Sequence record: MN850623.1
DNA: 42,116 nt
Origin: Escherichia phage sortsyn
Reading direction: 5' to 3' (one strand)
This document shows positions 8,320 through 16,562 of this stretch, one piece after another. A model generated the notes under the pieces. It had not been told where the DNA came from. It saw only the letters and a program-made list of their open reading frames with translations, and did not search any database. The stretch's first letter is position 1; each line of letters starts with the position of its first letter. Made by a program: the position numbers and the translations under genes.

Positions 8320-10362
8320 TTAAAACTCCTCATTCATGAAAATTTTGTTAGTGATAACGTCTTTACCCTTGCCGATCTTCCGGTGGCTGACCTTAAGCGG
8401 GGCCATGAAGTACGGGGCGAACTCTAATACCTGCTGGGGCGTCCGGCATTTCTTGATCGTGGCCCTCATTTTGCCGTCCAGGACGTGCTTAAGGATGCCA
8501 TTATGGACCCATTCCTTTTTCGCCGCTGGCGAGTCGCTACCGGGCCAAAATACTTGCCATGCCACAAACTGGTCCCCGTCCTTCTCCAGTTCGTACCGGA
8601 AGGCGATCCCCCCAGTCCCTCGCGCTAATTCAATTCTGAACCCTCTTACGGTCGCGTAGTCGTCGCGGCTGTACGTGGTCCGGCTTAAGTTCTTGTTAGG
8701 ATCTACGAGCGAGTTCCCGCAGCAGCGGCAGATCCTGGCTACTATGTCGTTTTGCGCCCCGCATCCCTTTTGGACCACTTTCCGCCCGCTGGCGTCCTTC
8801 CAGTCGTCGCAGGTGATGAACTGGAAAAAGTGTTCGCAGCGATCGCCGTTCTCGTCCACGTAGCGGCAGCGTCGGGCGTGTTTGCCGTTGAGCGTAGGAT
8901 GGCCCGCCTTGCGACACTTCGGACAGTCTAACTCTAATTCGCCTTTGCTCTCGTCGGCGCTGTGCTGATATGCCTCCAGCAGCGGGGAGAAGTACAGGGA
9001 TCCGAGTTCGTCCAGCGTCCCGGCGTAGTCGAGAACCAGGTGATCCTCTTTCGTCACCCCGGCGGCGATGTGGAACGGCTTAAGGATTCGCATCCCACGG
9101 CCTAAAAGCTGGGTTAGGAGCGTGAGGGAGCCGATCTTCCGCAGGATCACGGACGTGTCCCAGAACGGGACGTTAACGCCAGTCGTTAGGGCGTTAACCT
9201 GGAAAATGAACTTGATCTCCCCGGTATTGGCGCGGCGCAAAATGTCCATGCGCTTCTTGCCCGTCGTGTCGTCCGTGATGATGGCGTAAGGCGTACCAGG
9301 GGGAAGGGCCTCCGCCGCCTGTTTGCAGTGTCTCACGCCCGCACACGTCACTAACACGCCGTTCCTGTGCTGGGCGATGGCGTAGACCTCCGCCATGATC
9401 TCATGAGTGAGCTTTTTCTCTTTCAGGATCGCCTTTTGCATGGCGTCCATATCGGAGTCCGTGAACTCCTTAATGCCGTCCTCACCCGTCGATCGCCACT
9501 GGTCGAGGTTGTAGTGGAGATTGGAGATCCCGAAGTGAGTCGGAACGACCGCGCCGACGCTCACGAGGTACTCCGTCGAGATCTCGCAGACCTTTTCACG
9601 CCAGAATCCGGGCTGTTCGAGGTCGGGCTGGATGATGGACTCCACGCCCCTGTAAGGCGTCCCAGTGTAGCCGATAATGCGGAGTTCCTTCCCGTACACT
9701 GACCGGGCGCGGGCCTGTAACGTTCGGATGATGATCGTATAACTGGAGCGACCCGCCTCGATCATCTCCTCGTATGTCTCGCCCTTATGCTCGCCGATAA
9801 TGGTCGGATCCCCGAAGCCGTCGAGGATAACGGTCCCGTTATCGTCCCGCAGGTACTCCGGGACCACGCGCTCCTCCGAGCGGATCAGGTCCTCTATGTT
9901 GACGTGATGGCATTCATCGATCAGCAGGAACAACGGCGCGTAATGGGCGAGGGGCTGGCCTGGGCGGATCCCTCCGATCACTGTACCCTCGGAGCCGACG
10001 ACGATCGGGAAGTGTGCAGACTTGCGGCCTAAGCTGGCGCAGTAGATCGAGGAGTTTACGCCGAAGTTCCGCAACTCCTCAAAGTCCTGATCGATGATCT
10101 CACCCTGGCGGGACAGGATCATGGCGGGGAATCCCATATCCCTGATCCGGCGGGCCAGCATGGAGATCATGATGGTTTTCCCGGCGCTCACGGCGGCGTC
10201 CACAATGACCGGGCCGGGATATTTACGGATAGCCTTCGCGCAAGCCTCATATGCGACGAACTGGTGATCGTATGGCGTTACGGGCATATCACCGAGGGCG
10301 CGGAGAATGGCGTCGCGATCGAGGGCCGCGATCTGCCTTTCTAATGTCTCGACCATTTCCAT
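8320..10362 (-). CDS. Superfamily 2 DNA helicase (DEAH-type) with C-terminal Cys-rich zinc-binding extension
   Basis: Walker A AAVSAGKT, motif II LLIDECHH, Cys clusters CPKCRK...CRCCGNS. Confidence 0.85.
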   Translation of the reverse strand: MEMVETLERQIAALDRDAILRALGDMPVTPYDHQFVAYEACAKAIRKYPGPVIVDAAVSAGKTIMISMLARRIRDMGFPAMILSRQGEIIDQDFEELRNFGVNSSIYCASLGRKSAHFPIVVGSEGTVIGGIRPGQPLAHYAPLFLLIDECHHVNIEDLIRSEERVVPEYLRDDNGTVILDGFGDPTIIGEHKGETYEEMIEAGRSSYTIIIRTLQARARSVYGKELRIIGYTGTPYRGVESIIQPDLEQPGFWREKVCEISTEYLVSVGAVVPTHFGISNLHYNLDQWRSTGEDGIKEFTDSDMDAMQKAILKEKKLTHEIMAEVYAIAQHRNGVLVTCAGVRHCKQAAEALPPGTPYAIITDDTTGKKRMDILRRANTGEIKFIFQVNALTTGVNVPFWDTSVILRKIGSLTLLTQLLGRGMRILKPFHIAAGVTKEDHLVLDYAGTLDELGSLYFSPLLEAYQHSADESKGELELDCPKCRKAGHPTLNGKHARRCRYVDENGDRCEHFFQFITCDDWKDASGRKVVQKGCGAQNDIVARICRCCGNSLVDPNKNLSRTTYSRDDYATVRGFRIELARGTGGIAFRYELEKDGDQFVAWQVFWPGSDSPAAKKEWVHNGILKHVLDGKMRATIKKCRTPQQVLEFAPYFMAPLKVSHRKIGKGKDVITNKIFMNEEF

Positions 10363-10369
10363 TTATTCC

Positions 10370-10399
10370 TTGTAATATCATTAAAGCGTGATTTATAGT
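10370..10399 (+). promoter_or_regulatory. Putative sigma70 promoter in the divergent helicase/primase control region
   Basis: -35 TTGTAA, 18-bp spacer, -10 TATAGT, 25 nt before the AGGAGG SD of the primase-like gene. Confidence 0.4.
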
Positions 10400-10424
10400 A
10401 ACCGGGAAAACTCAGGAGGGCAAG

Positions 10425-11243
10425 ATGGCAATTTATAAAAAAGAGGACGTTCTCGCCGCAATGCCCGGCAAGTGGGAACAGGCGCTCCTCGATCTGTGCG
10501 GCTGGGACCGCAAGGCGTTTAACGGCAATCACCAGCCTTGCCCGATATGCGGCGGGACGGACCGCTTTCGATGGGGCCACAAACAGGCCACGAAGAAGGC
10601 CGAGGGCTTCGGCTACTGTTCCGGCTCCTGTGGTGGCGCTCGTGATGGCATGTTTTGGTTTATGACCAGCAGATCGCAGCCATTCAACGAGGCGATCAAC
10701 GACCTGGGCGACTGGATAGGCGGACTTACCCCGGAGAAGCGGGAAACGATCGTCAAAGAGGCCCGCAAGTATGCCCGCCAGCAGGACAAGCCCGCGCAGG
10801 ACTGGGAGCTGACCCCGGAGGACGTGGAAAAGGTCATGAGCAAAGGCGAAATGCGCGACGGCTTCCTGTATGTTCCATGCGCTCGTCCACTGGGGGGATC
10901 GCTGGGGCCGTGGTGCAACGTGGCGAAGATCGGCTCCGACAGGTCTGTGGTGTTTGCCGCTGGTGGCCCGACGTGGGGCGCGGTAGGGCTGATCCACCCA
11001 GCGCCGGACGCTCCGGTGTATCTGGTGGCGGATCCGGTCCATGCCGTGAACGTGGCGGCGAGAGGGGAGGCGGAGGTCTGGCTGACGTTCCGGCCTATGA
11101 ACGCGATCCAGGCGTCGGCGATCTACGATGGCGATCGGGAGATCCGGTTCGTCTACACTGACCCGGACGAGGTTTTCCTGTACGGCTACGAGAGGACGGG
11201 GAGGCCATGCGTCGGCGGACATCTTGCGGGGGCGTTCGGGTAA
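10425..11243 (+). CDS. Putative DNA primase (primase-helicase type zinc ribbon, Toprim-like remainder uncertain)
   Basis: HQPCPICGGTDRFRW...YCSGSCGG resembles the zinc-binding domain of P4/T7-type primases; AGGAGG SD 6 nt upstream of ATG. Confidence 0.5.
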   Translation: MAIYKKEDVLAAMPGKWEQALLDLCGWDRKAFNGNHQPCPICGGTDRFRWGHKQATKKAEGFGYCSGSCGGARDGMFWFMTSRSQPFNEAINDLGDWIGGLTPEKRETIVKEARKYARQQDKPAQDWELTPEDVEKVMSKGEMRDGFLYVPCARPLGGSLGPWCNVAKIGSDRSVVFAAGGPTWGAVGLIHPAPDAPVYLVADPVHAVNVAARGEAEVWLTFRPMNAIQASAIYDGDREIRFVYTDPDEVFLYGYERTGRPCVGGHLAGAFG

Positions 11244-11248
11244 AAAAA

Positions 11249-11270
11249 AGCCCCGGCGAGGGGCTTAATG
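11249..11270. terminator. Hairpin with A8 run upstream; strongest as a minus-strand terminator
   Basis: Stem GCCCC/GGGGC preceded by AAAAAAAA, followed only by TTAATG on the plus strand. Confidence 0.35.
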
Positions 11271-11323
11271 CGTCGATACCAGCGGCGCTAATGTTGCTAC
11301 AGGGAAACGTGAGAAGCCATAAA

Positions 11324-11366
11324 TAGCACTTTTTGCTAAAACACAAAACAGTTAATCAATTATCGT
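11324..11366 (+). promoter_or_regulatory. Promoter cassette copy A: palindrome TAGCACTTTTTGCTA plus -10-like region (weakest copy, no TG)
   Basis: Palindrome 11324-11338; upstream of dam. Confidence 0.4.
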
Positions 11367-11396
11367 TAGTCACCACCAACCAAAAAAGGGCAGCAG

Positions 11397-12038
11397 ATGA
11401 AAGACGAGAAAGACACCACCACGATCGACCATGTGGACGGCATGACCGAAGCGGAACGCGCAGCGGCAGACGTGACCACTGTTAGCGGTCGCCGCTTCAA
11501 CAAGTCCAAGACGCCGGACGCTATCCGCCAGAAGTGGCAGACCCCGCGCTGGCTGTTCGACTGGGCTGTGAAGCGCTTCGGGCAGTTCGGGATCGACGTC
11601 GCAGCGGAGAAAGCGAACGCGCTTTGTGACGTCTATCTGGACGAGAAAACGGACGCCCTCAAGGACGGCGTAGACTGGGGCGCGGAGGGCGGGCTGGCCT
11701 GGTGCAATCCTCCTTACGCCGAGCCGCTTCCGTGGATCGTGAAGGCTATCCAGCAAGCGAAGGATCGCGACGTTACGACCGTTTTCCTCCTGAACTCCGA
11801 CGCGTCCACGGCGTGGTTTAAGAAGGCGCTGGACGCCGGGAGCCTGGTTATTCACATCACCAGCGACGGCGAGAACTCCGGGCGCGTGGCGTTCGTGAAG
11901 GCAGGGACCGAAGTCGCGGGCAAGAAGAACAGCAAGCCGTCCGTGATGTTCGTTATCAAGCCGAAGAAGCGCGGACCGATCAAGACTGAATATCTGACCC
12001 AGGCGGAAATGATGTTCGAAGGCAAAACGATGATTTAA
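11397..12038 (+). CDS. dam: Phage Dam-family DNA N6-adenine methyltransferase
   Basis: WQTPRWLFDWAVKRFGQFGIDVAA...AWCNPPYAEP...TAWFKK: NPPY catalytic motif and the phage Dam (N6_N4 MTase) signature. Confidence 0.9.
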   Translation: MKDEKDTTTIDHVDGMTEAERAAADVTTVSGRRFNKSKTPDAIRQKWQTPRWLFDWAVKRFGQFGIDVAAEKANALCDVYLDEKTDALKDGVDWGAEGGLAWCNPPYAEPLPWIVKAIQQAKDRDVTTVFLLNSDASTAWFKKALDAGSLVIHITSDGENSGRVAFVKAGTEVAGKKNSKPSVMFVIKPKKRGPIKTEYLTQAEMMFEGKTMI

Positions 12039-12054
12039 CCGAGAGGACCCAGAG

Positions 12055-12636
12055 ATGATTATTTATGCACCAGTAAGCGCCTTACGCGCTCACCAACTCA
12101 CCAAAGGCCAGCAGGACGTCCGCTACTACCTGAACGCGCTCCACTTCATCGGGAACCGGATCCGCACGTCTAACGGTCATGTTTGCATGGAAAGCACTCA
12201 TAAGCTGGTAAACGCGCCGGAGGAGGGGATTATTCTCTCAATCTCCACGCCACCGACTGGGCGGATCTTCTCCGCCGTGATCGATACCGAAGCGGGGATC
12301 GTGTACTGGCTGGACATTCCGGCAGACAAGCCGAAGGACCTCGAAGAAGTGGACCACAAAAAGGCCCGCGTCGCTGTGGGGACCGTGGACATTGTGGAGG
12401 CTAATTATCCGAACGTGGACGCGTTACTGAACAAGGCCCGCGAGAACTCGAAGGCCGTCCACGAGATCGGCGTGGCGACGCCTTACCTCGGAATGGTCGA
12501 GAGGCTGGCGAAGAAGTTCGGGATCAAGATGCCTTTTGCGAAACTGAACTTTAACGGCGCAGCGGAGCCGATCCGCGTGAACCTGACCACGCCGGACGGC
12601 GAGGCAACCCTGATCATTATGCCCGCGAGAGTGTAA
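12055..12636 (+). CDS. Hypothetical protein
   Basis: 193-aa ORF, coding-like composition, same strand block, 16 nt after dam. Confidence 0.5.
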   Translation: MIIYAPVSALRAHQLTKGQQDVRYYLNALHFIGNRIRTSNGHVCMESTHKLVNAPEEGIILSISTPPTGRIFSAVIDTEAGIVYWLDIPADKPKDLEEVDHKKARVAVGTVDIVEANYPNVDALLNKARENSKAVHEIGVATPYLGMVERLAKKFGIKMPFAKLNFNGAAEPIRVNLTTPDGEATLIIMPARV

Positions 12637-12639
12637 GCA

Positions 12640-12873
12640 ATGAAATATAACGACGGTCACACTAATAGCCGCTGGGCCATCTTCCAGGAGAAGGTCGCGG
12701 ACGAGTTAATGGCGCGTAAGCTGGTGGCCTCCCGTGAGGAGGCCGAGCACTTCGCCGAGGCGCTCGATCTCTCTTTCGAGCAGGACTATAACCCGGTACA
12801 TATGGACCAGTGGGACGCGCTGATCAAGCGTGACGCCGACGAGTACGAGAAGGATCAGAACCGTGAAGCATAA
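12640..12873 (+). CDS. Hypothetical small acidic protein
   Basis: 77-aa ORF, D/E-rich, tightly packed in operon. Confidence 0.45.
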   Translation: MKYNDGHTNSRWAIFQEKVADELMARKLVASREEAEHFAEALDLSFEQDYNPVHMDQWDALIKRDADEYEKDQNREA

Positions 12874-13603
12874 GGCGATTTTCCTGTTTAACCTGACCCG
12901 GATCATGGTGGACAAGTGGCTGGAGGCTGGCGTGGAATGCTGGATGTATGACGGGCAGCACGAGCCAGGGATCCACCCAGACGCCGACGAGCCGAACCTG
13001 ATCCGTGTGGGCCGGATGTTCGACGCAGACAACACGGAAGTAGAAGCGCTCAGAATCGCCGATGAAGTCGGGCCGGGCGTGATCTTCGTGGCCTCCTTTG
13101 CTGAATGCACCGATCTAACCTGTACCGGGGCCAGATGGTGGGAAGCGAAGCGCAAGAAGGATCCGCGCTTCCAGGAGAAGGCCGTCGCGCTGGCGAAGAT
13201 GGTCGAGCAGGTGGCTACGTTTGCCGGGTACGAAAACGGCGACTATGAGGACAAAACGCTGGTCCCCTGGATGCTGGAGAATCCGAAGATCTCCCGGCTC
13301 TCGACCATGTGGCGACCTTGCGATCACTGGTTCCACCCCTACAACTTCGGCGGCTACTTGCCGGAGGATCACCAGCATAGCCTCTACCCGGAGATCTACC
13401 CAGCGCGGGACGCGTACCCGAAGCAGACGGGGATCTGGTGCGGTGGCGGCTTCCGCTTCCCGGCATTCCAGAGCGTCCAGGCTGTTAAGGATAATCCGGG
13501 CTGGTCGAAGCTGGGCGGATCCAGCACACGAACGAAGAACATCCGAAGCGCCACGCCCGAAGGCTTCGCCGTCGCGGTCTACATCGAAAACGCTCCATTC
13601 TGA
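12863..13603 (+). CDS. Hypothetical protein with conserved Cys/His/Trp-rich segments
   Basis: GTG at 12863 preceded by AAGGA, overlapping the upstream stop (ORF track start 12830 is the alternative); no family motif recognised. Confidence 0.55.
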   Translation: MKHKAIFLFNLTRIMVDKWLEAGVECWMYDGQHEPGIHPDADEPNLIRVGRMFDADNTEVEALRIADEVGPGVIFVASFAECTDLTCTGARWWEAKRKKDPRFQEKAVALAKMVEQVATFAGYENGDYEDKTLVPWMLENPKISRLSTMWRPCDHWFHPYNFGGYLPEDHQHSLYPEIYPARDAYPKQTGIWCGGGFRFPAFQSVQAVKDNPGWSKLGGSSTRTKNIRSATPEGFAVAVYIENAPF

Positions 13604-13606
13604 CAC

Positions 13607-13630
13607 AAGGCCCTCCGGGGCCTTTTTTGC
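13607..13630 (+). terminator. Rho-independent terminator
   Basis: Stem AAGGCCC/GGGCCTT then TTTTGC. Confidence 0.7.
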
Positions 13631-13633
13631 GTA

Positions 13634-13677
13634 TAGCACTTTTTGCTAAAGCAATGCCGATTATCCTTTGTTATTAT
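13634..13677 (+). promoter_or_regulatory. Promoter cassette copy B: palindrome TAGCACTTTTTGCTA plus TGtTATTAT extended -10
   Basis: Palindrome 13634-13648; TG 13669-13670; hexamer 13672-13677. Confidence 0.5.
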
Positions 13678-13705
13678 TCTTTCACACCAACACGAGGACG
13701 ACGAA

Positions 13706-13933
13706 ATGAAACAGACATTACTCCACACCAAAACAAACAAGGCTCAGATCGTGAACCCGCTGTTACTGAAACAGGCGCACATCCTGATCGAGACAGCGAT
13801 GATCCTCCGTAACCGCCTCAAGATGTACGCGGCGGGGCCACTGGCAAAGGCAGCGCTGACCCGCGAAGCGGTCCAGGCGGAGAACGACGCCCGCGAACTT
13901 ATCCGGGGGGCGTATGGCTACCCGGCCCACTAA
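13706..13933 (+). CDS. Hypothetical protein
   Basis: ATG at 13706 downstream of promoter cassette copy B (ORF track lists 13643). Confidence 0.4.
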   Translation: MKQTLLHTKTNKAQIVNPLLLKQAHILIETAMILRNRLKMYAAGPLAKAALTREAVQAENDARELIRGAYGYPAH

Positions 13934-14192
13934 GGCCACGCGCCGGGAGATCTGGGAGGCGGCTCAGGCCGCTAACCTGGACGAGATGATCAGTAAAGTG
14001 TCCGCCGTGTTTGGCAAAGACGCGATCGCCGACATCTCGATCGAGACTCCAGACGGCGAGATGTACCTGAACAACCCGGACCCGCATCACTACCGCGTCA
14101 CGCCGGGAACCAAAAGCGAGAAGGGCGACCTTAAGCGGGCGCTGGACTCAACGAAAAACCGGAAGCACCTCAAAGGAGGATCTCGTGGGTAA
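13914..14192 (+). CDS. Hypothetical protein
   Basis: 92-aa ORF overlapping the upstream gene by 20 nt. Confidence 0.4.
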   Translation: MATRPTKATRREIWEAAQAANLDEMISKVSAVFGKDAIADISIETPDGEMYLNNPDPHHYRVTPGTKSEKGDLKRALDSTKNRKHLKGGSRG

Positions 14193-14577
14193 AGTAACAG
14201 CGCAGATTATCGGATGGACTGACGAGCAGGACGCGGAACTGACCCGCCTCGCCGGGACCATGCCGCCGCACGAACTGGCGAAGCGCATCGGTCGCAACTT
14301 CCGCCAGATGCAGGTCCGGGCCTCTAAGCTGGGCCTCTCCCTGGCGTATAACCGGACGTACACGCAATGGACGACGGAGGAGGACCGGAAGCTGGTCCGC
14401 TTCTGGGAGGGACTTCTGACCGATGAGGATCTGGACGAACTGGTGATCGCCACTGGTCGCCGGGTGATAGTACCGACTGAACTCACCCACGCGCATGTCG
14501 CGAACTGGCTCAACAAATCGCGTCCGTCAATTCGCGGACGCCTGGCAAAATTCAAGAAAGAGGGGAAAATCGCATGA
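14185..14577 (+). CDS. GcrA-like DNA-binding transcriptional regulator (two WT[DT]E[QE]D repeats)
   Basis: WTDEQDAELTRLAG...HELAKRIGRNFRQMQVRASKLGLS resembles the GcrA N-terminal domain as recalled; second repeat WTTEEDRKLVRFWEG; GTG start with AGGAGG SD. Confidence 0.5.
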   Translation: MGKVTAQIIGWTDEQDAELTRLAGTMPPHELAKRIGRNFRQMQVRASKLGLSLAYNRTYTQWTTEEDRKLVRFWEGLLTDEDLDELVIATGRRVIVPTELTHAHVANWLNKSRPSIRGRLAKFKKEGKIA

Positions 14578-14675
14578 ACAACTTACGCGGACACAAATAC
14601 GTTATATGGGGCGTAATCGCAGCAAGCGCCGCGCTGTGGGCTTTAATCGGTTTCGGCGTGTCGATGGTACTATAA
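14574..14675 (+). CDS. Small hydrophobic (single transmembrane helix) peptide, 33 aa
   Basis: ATGA start/stop overlap with upstream gene; MNNLRGHKYVIWGVIAASAALWALIGFGVSMVL; ends right before a terminator. Confidence 0.35.
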   Translation: MNNLRGHKYVIWGVIAASAALWALIGFGVSMVL

Positions 14676-14712
14676 AAAAAGGGCCGCTTAAAAAGCGGCT
14701 CCTTTCGTTTTA
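14676..14712. terminator. Rho-independent terminator, bidirectional
   Basis: A-run, stem GGGCCGCT/AGCGGCTCC, then TTTCGTTTT. Confidence 0.7.
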
Positions 14713-14773
14713 ACGCCAGAGATGATCTACAATGCCGGGGCAGTATACCGCACAATTTCACGAGGACAAAATT

Positions 14774-15538
14774 ATGGCTTTTTGGCATCGGCAATACCGC
14801 GCTGATCTTTTCGGATGGAAGGTATCGCGCATCCTTGATCCCTCCGCTCCTGGTGTACATCAAAAAGATGTTATCTGGCTGGCGTCTGAACCTGCAAACC
14901 TCGATCCTACTGGGATGTTTTATTTCCAGCCTGATCCGAAGTCAGACCAGCCTCTCCAGTTTTTGGTAAACCTTAGCGGCAACAACGGCAGCGACGTCAC
15001 GGGATCATACGTGCCTAACGGCTCCTTAAAATCATTCTCCGTACAAGTAGCCGGGGGCGTTCCTCCGTATACCTTCGCATGGTTCCGGCGTTCCGGCGGC
15101 GTGGACAACTCCGTGGGGACTAACTCCAGCACCTACTCGATCCCCGCCTACTCCTCCAGCAATAACGGGGATTATTTTTGTCGCGTGACCGATGCGCAGG
15201 GCGTCATGATCGAATCGCTACGCGAGCGCACCAAAGTATTGATCAGGCTGACGACTAACCTCCCGTTAACTGATGCGTGGGCCGTGGGCGTGTCTGACAG
15301 CCTTGCGATCGTTGTCTCTGATGGCCTTACCCCGTATACCTACCAATGGCAGAAGTCCACGGACGGCGGGGCAACCTGGAGCAACGTCGCTAACGGTGGG
15401 ACCGTCTCCGGGGCCACTACTGCAACGCTGACCAACTCCGCCCCCGCGCTGGGTGATGCCGGAATGTACCGCTGTATTATCACCGACTCAGCGGGCTATA
15501 AAGTCCAGTCCGTACAATGCGCCGTAACGGTGGCATAA
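14774..15538 (+). CDS. Moron-like protein with two immunoglobulin-like domains
   Basis: Two Ig-type repeats (PPYTFAWFRRSGG...GDYFCRVTDAQG and TPYTYQWQKSTDGG...GMYRCIITDSAG); GAGGA SD before ATG 14774 (ORF track start 14732); flanked by terminators; first 60 nt about 52 percent GC. Confidence 0.7.
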   Translation: MAFWHRQYRADLFGWKVSRILDPSAPGVHQKDVIWLASEPANLDPTGMFYFQPDPKSDQPLQFLVNLSGNNGSDVTGSYVPNGSLKSFSVQVAGGVPPYTFAWFRRSGGVDNSVGTNSSTYSIPAYSSSNNGDYFCRVTDAQGVMIESLRERTKVLIRLTTNLPLTDAWAVGVSDSLAIVVSDGLTPYTYQWQKSTDGGATWSNVANGGTVSGATTATLTNSAPALGDAGMYRCIITDSAGYKVQSVQCAVTVA

Positions 15539-15568
15539 AAAAAGGGGGCCAACTGGCCCCCGATTTAT
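15539..15568. terminator. Rho-independent terminator, bidirectional, between convergent blocks
   Basis: A-run, stem GGGGGCC/GGCCCCC, then GATTTATT. Confidence 0.7.
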
Positions 15569-16086
15569 TGCTGACGCTCCACGGCGTCGTAATTCCTTTC
15601 GCATACCTCCCCGGCGGTGATCGCCTTCTCCGCTATATCAGCATACCGTCCAGCGACTTCGCCAGTCCGTCGTAACAGGTCGGCGTACATTCTGGCGGTC
15701 TTTTCCCCTGACGCCCTTCCGAGGGCAGCGGTCTGATCAGCGGCTTCGCGTCGGGTGGCTTCCTTGCTGGCTCGTTCGAGCAACCGATCAAGGGCAGCGC
15801 CAGCAGTAGCAGCAGCGGCGCGAGCTTTTGCGGCTTGTTCATTCGCATATTTTACGGACTCCTCGCGGGCAATGGCCCGGCCTTGTTCAATGATACGGGC
15901 GGCGGCTTGTGCGTTCGCTTCCTGGGTGGATTCCTTCGCGATCCTGGCATTGTCGCGAGCGGTCCAGCCCCGGTCCGTCCAGGCCGAGCCAGCCCAGAAA
16001 GATCCCCCCAGCGCCAGCAGCACGACAACGACGAGCAGCAGCGATCGCCAGTGAGTCGAGAGGAACAACCGGAGGGCGGCGATCAT
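15565..16086 (-). CDS. Rz-type inner-membrane spanin
   Basis: N-terminal TM helix (SLLLVVVVLLALGG), Ala/Arg-rich coiled-coil periplasmic domain, ATGA overlap with endolysin stop. Confidence 0.8.
   Translation of the reverse strand: MIAALRLFLSTHWRSLLLVVVVLLALGGSFWAGSAWTDRGWTARDNARIAKESTQEANAQAAARIIEQGRAIAREESVKYANEQAAKARAAAATAGAALDRLLERASKEATRREAADQTAALGRASGEKTARMYADLLRRTGEVAGRYADIAEKAITAGEVCERNYDAVERQQ
15633..15848 (-). CDS. Rz1-type outer-membrane lipoprotein spanin, embedded out of frame in Rz
   Basis: Lipoprotein signal with lipobox LIGC, Pro-rich mature part, entirely inside the Rz gene in another frame. Confidence 0.75.
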   Translation of the reverse strand: MRMNKPQKLAPLLLLLALPLIGCSNEPARKPPDAKPLIRPLPSEGRQGKRPPECTPTCYDGLAKSLDGMLI

Positions 16087-16562
16087 TCTCCGGCTACCTT
16101 ACCGCCAGCAGCGCGGAAATATTTCAGGAAGTCGTCGATCGTCTCCGTCCGTTGTCCATACTTCGAACCCGGCAGGGAGGCCCAGATGTTATTGACCTTT
16201 GCCACGGCTTCGCGGATCCGGCCCGCGTCAATATCCGCCAGCGCTTTACGCTCGCTGATCTGCTGGAGGGCGATCTGGTCCTGTGACGCCGGGGAGAAGT
16301 CGGGGAGGTTTAGCTGGTCGATGTAATGCTCCGCATACTTCTTAAGCACCTGATAGCGGCCCGCCGCCGTGGAGTTAATGCCGAGCTTCGGCAGCTTCAC
16401 CAGTCGGCCCGGATGCTTCGAATAGTCGGAGAACAGGGAGCCGCCCACGATCACGTCGTAGCCGTGATTTTTGGTCTGCTGGCGACCGTTGTCCGTACCT
16501 TCGCCCACGGCGATCGCGTCCAGAAACGCCTTGCGCTGTGGCGTAACTTCAAATTTTGCCAT
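16083..16562 (-). CDS. Endolysin, lambda R-type lytic transglycosylase
   Basis: RKAFLDAIAVGEGTDNGRQQTKNHGYDVIVGG...AAGRYQ...NIWASLPG is near-colinear with lambda R as recalled. Confidence 0.95.
   Translation of the reverse strand: MAKFEVTPQRKAFLDAIAVGEGTDNGRQQTKNHGYDVIVGGSLFSDYSKHPGRLVKLPKLGINSTAAGRYQVLKKYAEHYIDQLNLPDFSPASQDQIALQQISERKALADIDAGRIREAVAKVNNIWASLPGSKYGQRTETIDDFLKYFRAAGGKVAGE

Noticed and set aside
10341-11222. 293-aa minus-strand ORF antisense to the primase-like gene; similar long antisense ORFs at 27442-28158, 33103-34119, 34763-35509, 36742-37614 and 40420-41220
   Set aside because: They are Arg/Pro/Leu-rich and lie opposite genes with clear protein signatures (zinc ribbon, terminase, scaffold, coat, tail hub, gp20-like). 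Long antisense open frames are expected in GC-rich DNA.
11249-11270. Plus-strand terminator for the primase-like gene
   Set aside because: The hairpin is preceded by an A8 run and followed only by TTAATG, so it is oriented for minus-strand termination. It is kept as an orientation-ambiguous hairpin rather than a confident plus-strand terminator.
12055-12636. Sliding-clamp-like assignment for the 193-aa protein after dam
   Set aside because: The resemblance to a beta-clamp N-terminus was vague and not supported by any conserved motif. Left as hypothetical.
12863-13603. C5-cytosine methyltransferase assignment, based on a PC dipeptide
   Set aside because: There is no FxGxG motif I and no ENV motif, and the PC dipeptide is in the wrong position. 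Left as hypothetical.
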